64,000 nucleotides of DNA from Eledone cirrhosa (lineage: Eukaryota), in NCBI GenBank assembly GCA_964016885.1, contig OZ024741.1, positions 382,974,001 through 383,038,000 on the forward strand. The letters are read 5' to 3'. Positions 9,892 through 24,800 of this stretch are shown here, piece by piece. The position numbers and the translations under genes were made by a program. Within the stretch, counting starts at the first letter, position 1. Every line of letters starts with the position of its first letter. The notes beneath the pieces were generated by a model. It worked only from the letters and a program-made list of their open reading frames with translations, was not told where the DNA came from and made no database searches.

Positions 9892-12800
9892 AAAAAGGTG
9901 ACGTGGTTGCCTAAACATTGTACGGCGTATTCAGGCTGTTTGTTTGTTTACAAACGAACAAACCGCGCATTATAATAAATGTTCGGTAAACTGATACGTG
10001 CATATATATATGTGTGCCTGTATGTATATATATACATGCTACTGTACGTCTGTATACATATATGTATGTACGTATACATACTTACATTTAAGTAAGTGCC
10101 GTACTAAGAGTGAGAAATGAAATTTCGTTTCATTCTATTCCATTTATCGTTTTCGGTGCGCCTGGCCGTCTGAACTCACTCGATATGCGAATTAGGCTGC
10201 TCAGCCGTTAATTTTCATGAGGAAAGTATATACTTTCGGACGTTCAACCATCATGCAGAAAGGTATACGGTGCTGACGATAGCTAATAAGCTTGAAACTA
10301 GTACATCGTTCCTGTGTCAGCGTTGAATAAAAAGGTGACGTGCTTGCCTAAACACTGTACGGCGTAATTCAGGCTGTTTGTTTGTTTACAAACGAACAAA
10401 CCGAGCATTATAATAAATGTTCGGTAAACTGATACGTGCATATATATATGTGTGCCTGTACGTATGTATACATATATGTATGTACGTATACATACATACT
10501 TACATTTAAGTAAGTGCCGTACTAAGAGTGAGAATTGAAATTTCGTTTCATTCTATTCCATTTATTGTTTTCGGTGCGCCTGGCCGACTGAACTCACTCG
10601 ATATGCAAATTGGGCTGCTCAGCCGTTAATTTTCATAAGGAAAGTATATACTTTCGAACGTTCAACCATCATGCAGAAAGGTATACGGTGATGACGCTAG
10701 CTAATAGGCTTGAGACTCGTACATCGTTCCTGCGTCAGTGTTGAATAAAAAGGTGACGTAGTTGCCTAAACACTGTACGGCGTAATTCAGGTTGTTTCTT
10801 TGTTTACAAACGAACAAACCGAGCATTATAATAAATGTTCGGTAAACTGATACGTGCATATATATATATATGTGCCTGTATGTACATATATACATGCTAC
10901 TGTACGTCTGTATACATATATGTATGTACGTATACGTACATACTTACATTTAAGTAAGTGCCGTTCTAAGAGTGAGAAATGAAATTTCGTTTCATTCTAT
11001 TCCATTTATCGTTTTCGGTGCGCCTGGCCGACTGAACTCACTCGATATACAAATTGGGCTGCTCAGCCGTTAATTTTCATAAGGGAAGTATATATTTTCG
11101 GACTTTCAACCATCTGGCAGAAAGGTATACGGTGCTGACGATAGCTAATAAGCTTGAAACTAGAATATCGTTCCTGTGTCAGTGTTGAATAAAAAGGTGA
11201 CGTAGTTGCCTAAACACTGTACGGCGTAATTCAGGCTGTTTGTTTGTTTACAAACGAACAAGCCGAGCATTATAATAAATGTTCGGTAAACTGATACGTG
11301 CATATATATATGTGTGCCTGTATGTATATATATATACATGCTACTATACGTCTGTATACATATATGTATGTACGTATACATACATACTTACATTTAAGTA
11401 AGTGCCGTACTAAGAGTGAGAAATGAAATGTCGTTTAATTCTATTCCATTTATCGTTTTCGGTGCACCTGGACGACTGAACTCACTCGATATGCAAACTA
11501 GTCTGCTCAGCCGTTAATTTTCATAGGGAAAGTATATACTTTCGGACGTTCAACCATCTGGCAGAAAGGTATACGGTGCTGACGATAGCTAATAAGCTTG
11601 AAACTAGTACATCGTTCCTGTGTCAGTGTTGAATAAAAAGGTGACGTGGTTGCCTAAACACTGTACGGCGTAATTCAGGCTGTTTGTTTGTTTACAAACG
11701 AACAAACCGAGCATTATAATAAATGTTCGGTAAACTGATACGTGCATATATATATGTGTGCCTGTATGTATATATATACATGCTACTGTACGGCTGTATA
11801 CATATATGTATGTACGTATACATACATACTTACATTTAAGTAAGTGCCGTACTAAGAGTGAGAAATGAAATTTCGTTTCATTCTATTCCATTTATCGTTT
11901 TCGGTGCGCCTGGCCGACTGTACTCACTCGATATGCAAATTGGGCTGCCCAGCCGTTAATTTTCATAAGGGAAGTATATACTTTCGGACGTTCAACCATC
12001 TGGCAGAAAGGTATACGGTGCTGACGATAGCTAATAAGCTTGAAACTAGTACATCGTTCCTGTGTCAGTGTTGAATAAAAAGGTGACGTGGTTGCCTAAA
12101 CACTGTACGGCTTATTCAGGCTGTTTGTTTGTTTACAAACGAACAAACCGAGCATTATAATAAATGTTCGGTAAACTGATACGTGCATATATATATGTGT
12201 GCCTGTATGTATATATATACATGCTACTGTACGTCTGTATACATATATGTATGTACGTATACATACATACTTACATTTAAGTAAGTGCCGTACTAAGAGT
12301 GAGAAATGAAATTTCGTTTCATTCTATTCCATTTATCGTTTTCGGTGAGCCTGGCCGACTCAACTCACTCGATATGCAAATTGGGCTGCCCAGCCGTTAA
12401 TTTTCATAAGGGAAGTATATACTTTCGGACGTTCAACCATCTGGCAGAAAGGTATACGGTGCTGACGATAGCTAATAAGCTTGAAACTAGTACATCGTTC
12501 CTGTGTCAGTGTTGAATAAAAAGGTGACGTGGTTGCCTAAACACTGTACGGCTTATTCAGGCTGTTTGTTTGTTTACAAACGAACAAACCGAGCATTATA
12601 ATAAATGTTCGGTAAACTGATACGTGCATATATATATATGTGCCTGTATGTACATATATACATGCTACTGTACGTCTGTATACATATATGTATGTACGTA
12701 TACATACTTACATTTAAGTAAGTGCCGTACTAAGAGTGAGAAATGAAATTTCGTTTCATTCTATTCCATTTATCGTTTTCGGTGCGCGTGGCCGACTGAA

Positions 12801-15800
12801 CTCACTCGATATGCAAATTAGGCTGCTCAGCCGTTAATTTTCATAAGGAAAGTATATACTTTCGGACGTTCAACCATCATGCAGAAAGGTATACGGTGCT
12901 GACGATAGCTAATAAGCTTGAAACTAGTACATCGTTCCTGTGTCAGTGTTGAACAAAAAGGTGACGTGGTTGCCTAAACACTGTACGGCGTAACTCAGGC
13001 TGTTTGTTTGTTTAAAAACGAACAAACCGAGCATTATAATAAATGTTCGGTAAACTGATACGTGCATATATATATGTGTGCCTGTATGTATATATATATA
13101 CATGCTACTGTACGTCTGTATACATATATATATGTACGTATACATACATACTTACATTTAAGTAAGTGCCGTACTAAGAGTGAGAAATGAAATGTAGTTT
13201 CATTCTATTCCATTTATCGTTTTCGTGCACCAGGCCGACTGAACTCACTCGATATGCAAATTAGGCTGCTCAGCCGTTAATTTTCATAAGGAAAGTATAT
13301 ACTTTCGGACGTTCAACCATCTGGCAGACAGGTATACGGCGCTGACGATAGCTAATAAGCTTGAAACTAGTACATCGTTCCTGTTTCAGTGTTGAACAGG
13401 AAGATGACGCGGTTGCCTAAACACTGTACGGCGTAATTCAGGCAGTTTGTTTGTTTACAAACGAACAAACCGAGCATTATAATAAATGTTCGGTAAACTG
13501 ATACGTGCATATATATATGTGTGTGCCTGTATGTATATATATACATGCTACTGTACGTCTGTAAACATATATGTATGTACGTATACATACATACTTACAT
13601 TTAAGTAAGTGCTGTACTAAGAGTGAGAAATGAAATTTCGTTTCATTCTATTCCATTTATCGTTTTCGGTGCGTCTGGCCGACTGAACTCACTCGATATG
13701 CAAATTGGACTGCTCAGCCGTTAATTTTCATAAGGGAAGTATATATTTTCGGACGTTCAACCATCTGGCAGAAAGGTATACGGTGCTGACGATAGCTAAT
13801 AAGCTTGAAACTAGTACATCGTTCCTGTATCAGTGTTGAATAAAAAGGTGACGTGGTTGCCTAAACACTGTACGGCGTAATTCAGGCTGTTTGTTTGTTT
13901 ACAAACGAAGAAACCGAGCATTATAATAAATGTTCGGTAAACTGATACGTGCATATATATATGTGTGCCTGTATGTATATATATACATGCTACTGTACGT
14001 CTGTATACATATATGTATGTACGTATACATACATACTTACATTTAAGTAAGTGCTGTACTAAGAGTGAGAAATGAAATGTCGTTTCATTCTATTCCATTT
14101 ATCGTTTTCGTGCACCAGGCCGACTGAACTCACTCGATATGCAAATTAGGCTGCTCAGCCGTTAATTTTCATAAGGAAAGTATATACTTTCGGACGTTCA
14201 ACCATCTGGCAGAAAGGTATACGGCGCTGACGATAGCTAATAAGCTTCAAACTAGTACATCGTTCCTGTTTCAGTGTTGAACAAAAAGATGACGCGGTTG
14301 CCTAAACACTGTACGGCGTAATTCAGGCAGTTTCTTTGTTTACAAACGAACAAACCGAGCATTATAATAAATGTTCGGTAAACTGATACGTGCATATATA
14401 TATGTGTGCCTGTATGTATATATATATACATGCTACTGTACGTCTGTATACATATATGTATGTACGTATACATACATACTTACATTTAAGTAAGTGCCGT
14501 ACTAAGAGTGAGAAATGAAATGTCGTTTAATTCTATTCCATTTATCGTTTTCGGTGCACCTGGACGACTGAACTCACTCGATATGCAAACTAGTCTGCTC
14601 AGCCGTTAATTTTCATAGGGAAAGTATATACTTTCGGACGTTCAACCATCTGGCAGAAAGGTATACGGTGCTGACGATAGCTAATAAGCTTGAAACTAGT
14701 ACATCGTTCCTGTGTCAGTGTTGAATAAAAAGGTGACGTGGTTGCCTAAACACTATACGGCGTAATTCAGGCTGTTTGTTTGTTTACAAACGAACAAACC
14801 GAGCATTATAATAAATGTTCGGTAAACTGATACGTGCATATATATATGTGTGCCTGTATGTATATATATACATGCTACTGTACGTCTGTATACATATATG
14901 TATGTACGTATACATACATACTTACATTTAAGTAAGTGCCGTACTAAGAGTGAGAAATGAAATTTCGTTTCATTCTATTCCATTTATCGTTTTCGGTGCG
15001 CCTGGCCGACTCAACTCACTCGATATGCAAATTGGGCTGCTCAGCCGTTAATTTTCATAAGGGAAGTATATACTTTCGGACGTTCAACCATCTGGCAGAA
15101 AGGTATACGGTGCTGACGATAGCTAATAAGCTTGAAACTAGTACATCGTTCCTGTGTCAGTGTTGAATAAAAAGGTGACGTGGTTGCCTAAACACTGTAC
15201 GGCTTATTCAGGCTGTTTGTTTGTTTACAAACGAACAAACCGAGCATTATAATAAATGTTCGGTAAACTGATACGTGCATATATATATATGTGCCTGTAT
15301 GTACATATATACATGCTACTGTACGTCTGTATACATATATGTATGTACGTATACATACTTACATTTAAGTAAGTGCCGTACTAAGAGTGAGAAATGAAAT
15401 TTCGTTTCATTCTATTCCATTTATCGTTTTCGGTGCGCGTGGCCGACTGAACTCACTCGATATGCAAATTAGGCTGCTCAGCCGTTAATTTTCATAAGGA
15501 AAGTATATACTTTCGGACGTTCAACCATCATGCAGAAAGGTATACGGTGCTGACGATAGCTAATAAGCTTGAAACTAGTACATCGTTCCTGTGTCAGTGT
15601 TGAACAAAAAGGTGACGTGGTTGCCTAAACACTGTACGGCGTAACTCAGGCTGTTTGTTTGTTTAAAAACGAACAAACCGAGCATTATAATAAATGTTCG
15701 GTAAACTGATACGTGCATATATATATGTGTGCCTGTATGTATATATATATACATGCTACTGTACGTCTGTATACATATATGTATGTACGTATACATACAT

Positions 15801-18800
15801 ACTTACATTTAAGTAAGTGCCGTACTAAGAGTGAGAAATGAAATGTAGTTTCATTCTATTCCATTTATCGTTTTCGTGCACCAGGCCGACTGAACTCACT
15901 CGATATGCAAATTAGGCTGCTCAGCCGTTAATTTTCATAAGGAAAGTATATACTTTCGGACGTTCAACCATCTGGCAGAAAGGTATACGGCGCTGACGAT
16001 AGCTAATAAGCTTGAAACTAGTACATCGTTCCTGTTTCAGTGTTGAACAAAAAGATGACGCGGTTGCCTAAACACTGTACGGCGTAATTCAGGCAGTTTG
16101 TTTGTTTACAAACGAACAAACCGAGCATTATAATAAATGTTCGGTAAACTGATACGTGCATATATATATATGTGTGCCTGTATGTATATATATACATGCT
16201 ACTGTACGTCTGTAAACATATATGTATGTACGTATACATACATACTTACATTTAAGTAAGTGCTGTACTAAGAGTGAGAAATGAAATTTCGTTTCATTCT
16301 ATTCCATTTATCGTTTTCGGTACGCCTGGCCGACTGAACTCACTCGATATGCAAATTGGGCTGCTCAGCCGTTAATTTTCATAAGGAAAGTATATACTTT
16401 CGGACGTTCAACCATCTGGCAGAAAGGTATATGGTCCTGACAATAGCTAATAAGCTTGAAACTAGTACATCGTTCTTGTGTCAGTGTTGAACAAAAAGGT
16501 GACGTGGTTGCCTAAACACTGTACGGCGTAATTCAGGCTGTTTGTTTGTTTACAACCGAACAAACCGAGCATTATAATAAATGTTCGGTAAACTGATACG
16601 TGCATATATATATGTGTGCTTGTATGTATATATATACATGCTACTGTACGTATGTATACATATATGTATGTACGTATACATACATACTTACATTTAAGTT
16701 AGTGCCGTACTAAGAGTGAGAAATGAAATTTCGTTTCATTCTATTCCATTTATCGTTTTCGGTGCGCCTGGCCGACTGAACTCACTCGATATGCAAATAT
16801 GGCTGCTAGGCCGTTAATTTTCATAAGGAAAGTATATACTTTCGGACATTCAACCATCTGGCAGAAAGGGATACGGTGCTGACGATAGCTAATAAGCTTG
16901 AAACTAGTACATCGTCCCTGTGTCAGGGTTGAACAAAAATGTGACGCGGTTGCCTAAACATTGTACGGCGTAATTCAGGCTGTTTGTTTGATTACAAACG
17001 AACAAACCGAGCATTATAATAAATGTTCGGTAAACTGATACGTGCATATATATTTGTGTGCCTGTATGTATATATATACATGTTACTGTACGTATGTATA
17101 CATATATGTATGTACGTATACATACATACTTACATTTAAGTAAGTGCCGTACTAAGAGTGAGAAATGAAATTTCGTTTCATTCTATTCCATTTATCGTTT
17201 TCGGTGCGCCTGGCCGACTGAAATCACTCGATATGCAAATATGGCTGCTCAACCGTTAATTTTCATAAGGAAAGTATATACTTTCGGACGTTCAACCATC
17301 TGGCAGAAAGGTATACGGTGTTGACGATAGCTAATAAGCTTGAAACTAGTACATCGTCCCTGTGTCAGGGTTGAACAAAAATGTGACGTGGTTGCCTAAA
17401 CATTGTACGGCGTAATTCAGGCTGTTTGTTTGTTTACAAACGAACAAACCGAGCATTATAATAAATGTTCGGTAAACTGATACGTGCATATATATATGTG
17501 TGCCTGTATGTATATATATACATGTTACTGTACGTATGTATACATATATGTATGTACGTATACATACATACTTACATTTAAGTAAGTGCCGTACTAAGAG
17601 TGAGAAATGAAATTTCGTTTCATTCTATTCCATTTATCGTTTTCGGTGCGTCTGGCCGACTGAACTCACTAGATATGCAAATTGGGCTGCTCAGCCGTTA
17701 ATTTTCATAAGGAAAGTATATACTTTCGGACGTTCAATCATCTGGCAGAAAGGTATATGGTCCTGACAATAGCTAATAAGCTTGAAACTAGTACATCGTT
17801 CTTGTGTCAGTGTTGAACAAAAAGGTGACGTGGTTGCCTAAACACTGTACGGCGTAATTCAGGCTGTTTGTTTGTTTACAACCGAACAAACCGAGCATTA
17901 TAATAAATGTTCGGTAAAATGATACGTGCATATATATATGTGTGCCTGTATGTATATATATACATGCTACTGTACGTATGTATACATATATGTATGTACG
18001 TATACATACATACTTACATTTAAGTTAGTGCCGTACTAAGAGTGAGAAATGAAATTTCGTTTCATTCTATTCCATTTATCGTTTTCGGTGCGCCTGGCCG
18101 ACTGAACTCACTCGATATGCAAATATGGCTGCTAGGCCGTTAATTTTCATAAGGAAAGTATATACTTTCGGACATTCAACCATCTGGCAGAAAGTGATAC
18201 GGTGCTGACGATAGCTAATAAGCTTGAAGCTAGTACATCGTCCCTGTGTCAGGGTTGAACAAAAATGTGACGCGGTTGCCTAAACATTGTACGGCGTAAT
18301 TCAGGCTGTTTGTTTGATTACAAACGAACAAACCGAGCATTATAATAAATGTTCGGTAAACTGATACGTGCATATATATATGTGTGCCTGTATGTATATA
18401 TATACATGTTACTGTACGTATGTATACATATATGTATGTACGTATACATACATACTTACATTTAAGTAAGTGCCGTACTAAGAGTGAGAAATGAAATTTC
18501 GTTTCATTCTATTCCATTTATCGTTTTCGGTGCGCCTGGCCGACTGAAATCACTCGATATGCAAATATGGCTGCTCAACCGTTAATTTTCATAAGGAAAG
18601 TATATACTTTCGGACGTTCAACCATCTGGCAGAAAGGTATACGGTGCTGACGATAGCTAATAAGCTTGAAACTAGTACATCATCCCTGTGTCAGGGTTGA
18701 ACAAAAATGTGACGTGGTTGCCTAAACATTGTACGGCGTAATTCAGGCTGTTTGTTTGTTTACAAACGAACATACCGAGCATTATAATAAATGTTCGGTA

Positions 18801-21800
18801 AACTGATATGTGCATATATATATGTGTGCCTGTATGTATATATATACATGTTACTGTACGTATGTATACATATATGTATGTACGTATACATACATACTTA
18901 CATTTAAGTAAGTGCCCTACTAAGAGTGAGAAATGAAATTTCGTTTCATTCTATTCCATTTATCGTTTTCGGTGCGTCTGGCCGACTGAACTCACTAGAT
19001 ATGCAAATTGGGCTGCTCAGCCGTTAATTTTCATAAGGAAAGTATATACTTTCGGACGTTCAACCATCTGGCAGAAAGGTATACGGCGCTGACGATAGCT
19101 AATAAGCTTGAAACTAGTACATCGTTCCTGTTTCAGTGTTGAACAAAAAGATGACGCGGTTGCCTAAACACTGTACGGCGTAATTCAGGCAGTTTCTTTG
19201 TTTACAAACGAACAAACCGAGCATTATAATAAATGTTCGGTAAACTGATACGTGCATATATATATGTGTGCCTGTATGTATATATATACATGCTACTGTA
19301 CCTCTGTATACATATATGTATGTACGTATACATACATACTTACATTAAAGTAAATGCCGTACTAAGAGTCAGAAATGAAATTTCGTTTTATTTTATTCCA
19401 TTTATCGTTTTCGGTGCGCCTGGCCGACTGAACTCACTAGATATGCAAATTAGGCTGCTCAGCCGTTAATTTTCATGAGGAAAGTATATACTTTGGGACG
19501 TTCAACCATCTGGCAGAAAGGTATACGGTGCTGACGATAGCTAATAAGCTTGAAACTAGTACATCGTTCCTGTGTCAGTGTTGAACAAAATGTGACGTGG
19601 TTGCCTAAACATTGTACGGCGTAATTCAGGCTGTTTGTTTGTTTACAGACGAACAAACCGAGCATTATAATAAATGTTCTGTAAACTGATACGTGCATAT
19701 ATATATGTGTACCTGTATGTATATATATACATGCTACTGTACGTCTGTATACATATATGTATGTACGTATACATACATACTTACATTTAAGTAAGTACCG
19801 TACTAAGAGTGAGAAATGAAATTTCGTTTCATTCTATTCCATTTATCGTTTTCGGTGGGCCTGGTCGACTGAAATCACTCGATATGCAAATATGGCTGCT
19901 CAGCCGTTAATTTTCATAAGGAAAGTATATACTTTCGGACGTTCAACCATCTGGCAGAAAGGTATACGGTGCTGACGATAGCTAATAAGCTTGAAACTAG
20001 TACATCGTCCCTGTGTCAGGGTTGAACAAAAATGTGACGTGGTTGCCTAAACATTGTACGGCGTAATTCAGGCTGTTTGTTTGTTTACAAACGAACAAAC
20101 CGAGCATTATAATAAATGTTCGGTAAACTGATACGTGCATATATATATGTGTGCCTGTATGTATATATATACATGTTACTGTACGTATGTATACATATAT
20201 GTATGTAAGTATACATACATACTTACATTTAAGTAAGTGGCGTACTAAGAGTGAGAAATGAAATTTCGTTTCATTCTATTCCATTTATCGTTTTCGGTGC
20301 GTCTGGCCGACTGAACTCACTAGATATGCAAATTGGGCTGCTCAGCCGTTAATTTTCATAAGGAAAGTATATACTTTCGGACGTTCAACCATCTGGCAGA
20401 AAGGTATATGGTCCTGACAATAGCTAATAAGCTTGAAACTAGTACATCGTTCTTGTGTCAGTGTTGAACAAAAAGGTGACGTGGTTGCCTAAACACTGTA
20501 CGGCGTAATTCAGGCTGTTTGTTTGTTTACAACCGAACAAACCGAGCATTATAATAAATGTTCGGTAAACTGATACGTGCATATATATATGTGTGCCTGT
20601 ATGTATATATATACATGCTACTGTACGTATGTATACATATATGTATGTACGTATACATACATACTTACATTTAAGTTAGTGCCGTACTAAGAGTGAGAAA
20701 TGAAATTTCGTTTCATTCTATTCCATTTATCGTTTTCGGTGCGCCTGGCCGACTGAACTCACTCGATATGCAAATATGGCTGCTCAGCCGTTAATTTTCA
20801 TAAGGAAAGTATATACTTTCGGACGTTCAACCATCTGGCAGAAAGGTATACGGTGCTGACGATAGCCAATAAGCTTGAAACCAGTACATCGTCCCTGTGT
20901 CAGGGTTGAACAAAAATGTGACGCGGTTGCCTAAACATTGTACGGCGTAATTCAGGCTGTTTGTTTGATTACAAACGAACAAACCGAGCATTATAATAAA
21001 TGTTCGGTAAACTGATACGTGCATATATATATGTGTGCCTGTATGTATATATATACATGTTACTGTACGTATGTATACATATATGTATGTACGTATACAT
21101 ACATACTTACATTTAAGTAAGTGCCGTACTAAGAGTGAGAAATGAAATTTCGTTTCATTCTATTCCATTTATCGTTTTCGGTGCGTCTGGCCGACTGAAC
21201 TCACTAGATATGCAAATTGGGCTGCTCAGCCGTTAATTTTCATAAGGAAAGTATATACTTTCGGACGTTCAACCATCTGGCATAAAGGTATACGGTGCTG
21301 ACGATAGCTAATAAGCTTGAGACTAGTACATCGTTCCTGTGTCAGTGTTGAATAAAAAGGTGACGTGGTTGCCTAAACACTGTACGGCGTAATTCAGGCT
21401 GTTTGTTTGTTTACAAACGAACAAACCGAGCATTATAATAAATGTTCGGTAAACTGATACGTGCATATATATATGTGTGCCTGTATGTATATATATACAT
21501 GCTACTGTACGTCTGTATACATATATGTATGTACGTATACATACATACTTACATTTAAGTAAGTACCGTACTAAGAGTGAGAAATGAAACTTCGTTTCAT
21601 TCTATTCAATTTATCGTTTTCGGTGCGCCTGGCCGACTGAACTCACTCGATATGCAAATTGGGCTGCTCAGCCGTTAATTTTCATAAGGAAAGTATATAC
21701 TTTCGGACGTTCAACCATCTGGCAGAAAGGTATATGGTCCTGACGATAGCTAATAAGCTTGAAACTAGTACATCGTTCTTGTGTCAGTGTTGAACAAAAA

Positions 21801-24800
21801 GGTGACGTGGTTGCCCATATACTGTACGGCGTAATACAGGCTGTTTATTTGTTTACAAACGAACAAACCGAGCATTATAATAAATGTTCGGTAAACTGAT
21901 ATGTGCATATATATATGTGTGCCTGTATGTATATATATATACATGCTACTGTACGTCTGTATACATATATGTATGTACGTATACATACATACTTACATTT
22001 AAGTAAGTGCCGTACTAAGAGTGAGAAATGAAATGTCGTTTCATTCTATTCCATTTATCGTTTTCGTGCACCAGGCCGACTGAACTCACTCGATATGCAA
22101 ATTAGGCTGCTCAGCCGTTAATTTTCATAAGGAAAGTATATACTTTCGGACGTTCAACCATCTGGCAGAAAGGTATACGGTGCTGACGATAGCTAATAAG
22201 CTTGAAACTAGTACATCGTTCCTGTGTCAGTGTTGAACAAAAAGGTGACGTGGTTGCCTAAACATTGTACGGCGTAATTCAGGCTGTTTGTTTGTTTACA
22301 AACGAACAAACCGAGCATTATAATAAATGTTCGGTAAACTGATACGTGCATATATATATGTGTACCTGTATGTATATATATACATGCTACTGTACGTCTG
22401 TATACATATATGTATGTACGTATACATACATACTTACATTTAAGTAAGTACCGTACGAAGAGTGAGAAATGAAATTTCGTTTCATTCTATTCCATTTATC
22501 GTTTTCGGTGGGCCTGGCCGACTGAATTCACTCGATATACAAATTAGGCTTCTCGGCCGTTAATTTTCATAAGGAAAGTATATACTTTCGGACGTTCAAC
22601 CATCTGGCAGAAAGGTATATGGTCCTGACGATAGCTAATAAGCTTGAAACTAGTACATCGTTCTTGTGTCAGTGTTGAACAAAAAGGTAACGTGGTTGCC
22701 TAAACACTGTACGGCGTAATTCAGGCTGTTTGTTTGTTTACAACCGAACAAACCGAGCATTATAATAAATGTTCGGTAAACTGATACGTGCATATATATA
22801 TGTGTGCCTGTATGTATATATATACATGCTACTGTACGTATGTATACATATATGTATGTACGTATACATACATACTTACATTTAAGTTAGTGCCGTACTA
22901 AGAGTGATAAATGAAATTTCGTTTCATTCTATTCCATTCATCGTTTTCGGTGCGCCTGGCCGACTGAACTCACTCGATATGCAAATATGGCTGCTCAGCC
23001 GTTAATTTTCATAAGGAAAGTATATACTTTCGGACGTTCAACCATCTGGCAGAAAGGTATACGGTGCTGACGATAGCTAATAAGCTTGAAACTAGTACAT
23101 CGTCCCTGTGTCAGGGTTGAACAAAAATGTGACGCGGTTGCCTATACATTGTACGGCGTAATTCAGGCTGTTTGTTTGATTACAAACGAACAAACCGAGC
23201 ATTATAATAAATGTTCGGTAAACTGATACGTGCATATATATATGTGTGCCTGTATGTATATATATACAGTTTACTGTACGTATGTATACATATATGTATG
23301 TGCGTATACATACATACTTACATTTAAGTAAGTGCCGTACTAAGAGTGAGAAATGAAATTTCGTTTCATTCTATTCCATTTATCGTTTTCGGTGCGTCTG
23401 GCCGACTGAAATCACTCGATATGCAAATTAGGCTTCTCGGCCGTTAATTTTCACAAGGAAAGTATGTACTTTCGGACGTTCAACCATCTGGCAGAAAGGT
23501 ATATGGTCCTGACGATAGCTAATAAGCTTGAAACTAGTACATCGTTCTTATGTCAGTGTTGAACAAAAAGGTGACGTGGTTGCGTAAACACTGTACGGCG
23601 TAATTCAGGCTGTTTGTTTGTTTACAACCGAACAAACCGAGCATTATAATAAATGTTCGGTAAACTGATACGTGCATATATATATGTGTGCCTGTATGTA
23701 TATATATACATGCTAATGTACGTATCTATACATATATGTATGTACGTATACATACATACTTACATTTAAGTTAGTGCCGTACTAAGAGTGAGAAATGAAA
23801 TTTCGTTTCATTCTATTCCATTTGTCCTTTTCGGTGCCCCTGGCCGACTGAACTCACTCGATATGCAAATTAGGCTGCTCAGCCGTTAAATTTCAGAAGG
23901 AAAGTATATACTTTCGGACGTCAACCATCTGGCAGAAAGGTATACGGTGCTGACGATCGCTAATTAGCTTGAAACTAGTACATCGTTCCTGTGTCAGTGT
24001 TGAACAAAAAGGTGACGTGGTTGCCTAAACATTGTACGGCGTAATTTAGGCTGTTTATTTGTTTACAAACGAACAAACCGAGCATTATAACAAATGTTCG
24101 GTAAACTGATACGTGCATATATATGTGTGCCTGTATGTATATATATACATGCTACTGTACGTCTGTATACATATATGTATGTACGTATACATACATACTT
24201 ACATTTAAGTAAGTGCCGTACTAAGTGTGAGAAATGAAATGTCGTTTCATTCTATTCCATTTATCGTTTTCGGTGCCCCCTGGCCGACTGAACTCACTCG
24301 ATATGCAAATTAGGCTGCTCAGCCGTTAATTTTCATAGGGAAAGTATATACTTTCGGACGTTCAACCATCTGGCAGAAAGGTATACGGTGCTGACGATAG
24401 CTAATAAGCTTGAAACTAGTGCATCGTTCCTGTGTCAGTGTTGAATAAAAAGGTGACGTGGTTGCCTAAACAGTGTACGGCGTAATTCAGGCTGTTTGTT
24501 TGTTTACAAACGAACATACCGAGCATTATAATAAATGTTCGGTAAACCGATACGTGCATATATATATGTGTGCCTGTATGTATATATATACATGCTACTG
24601 TACGTCTGTATACATATATGTATGTACGTATACATACATACTTACATTTAAGTAAGTGCCGTACTAAGAGTGAGAAATGAAATTTCGTTTCATTCTATTC
24701 CATTTATCGTTTTCGGTGCGCCTGGCCGACTGAACTCGTTCGATATGCAAATTAGGCTGCTAAGCTGTTAATTTTCATAAGGAAAGTATATACTTTCGGA

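Noticed and set aside
9659-10100. Antisense-strand ribozyme in the unit (symmetric viroid-like replication)
   Set aside because: Minus-strand CUGA sites read CUGAGCA, CUGACAC and CUGAAU, none matching CUGANGA; only one polarity has a hammerhead
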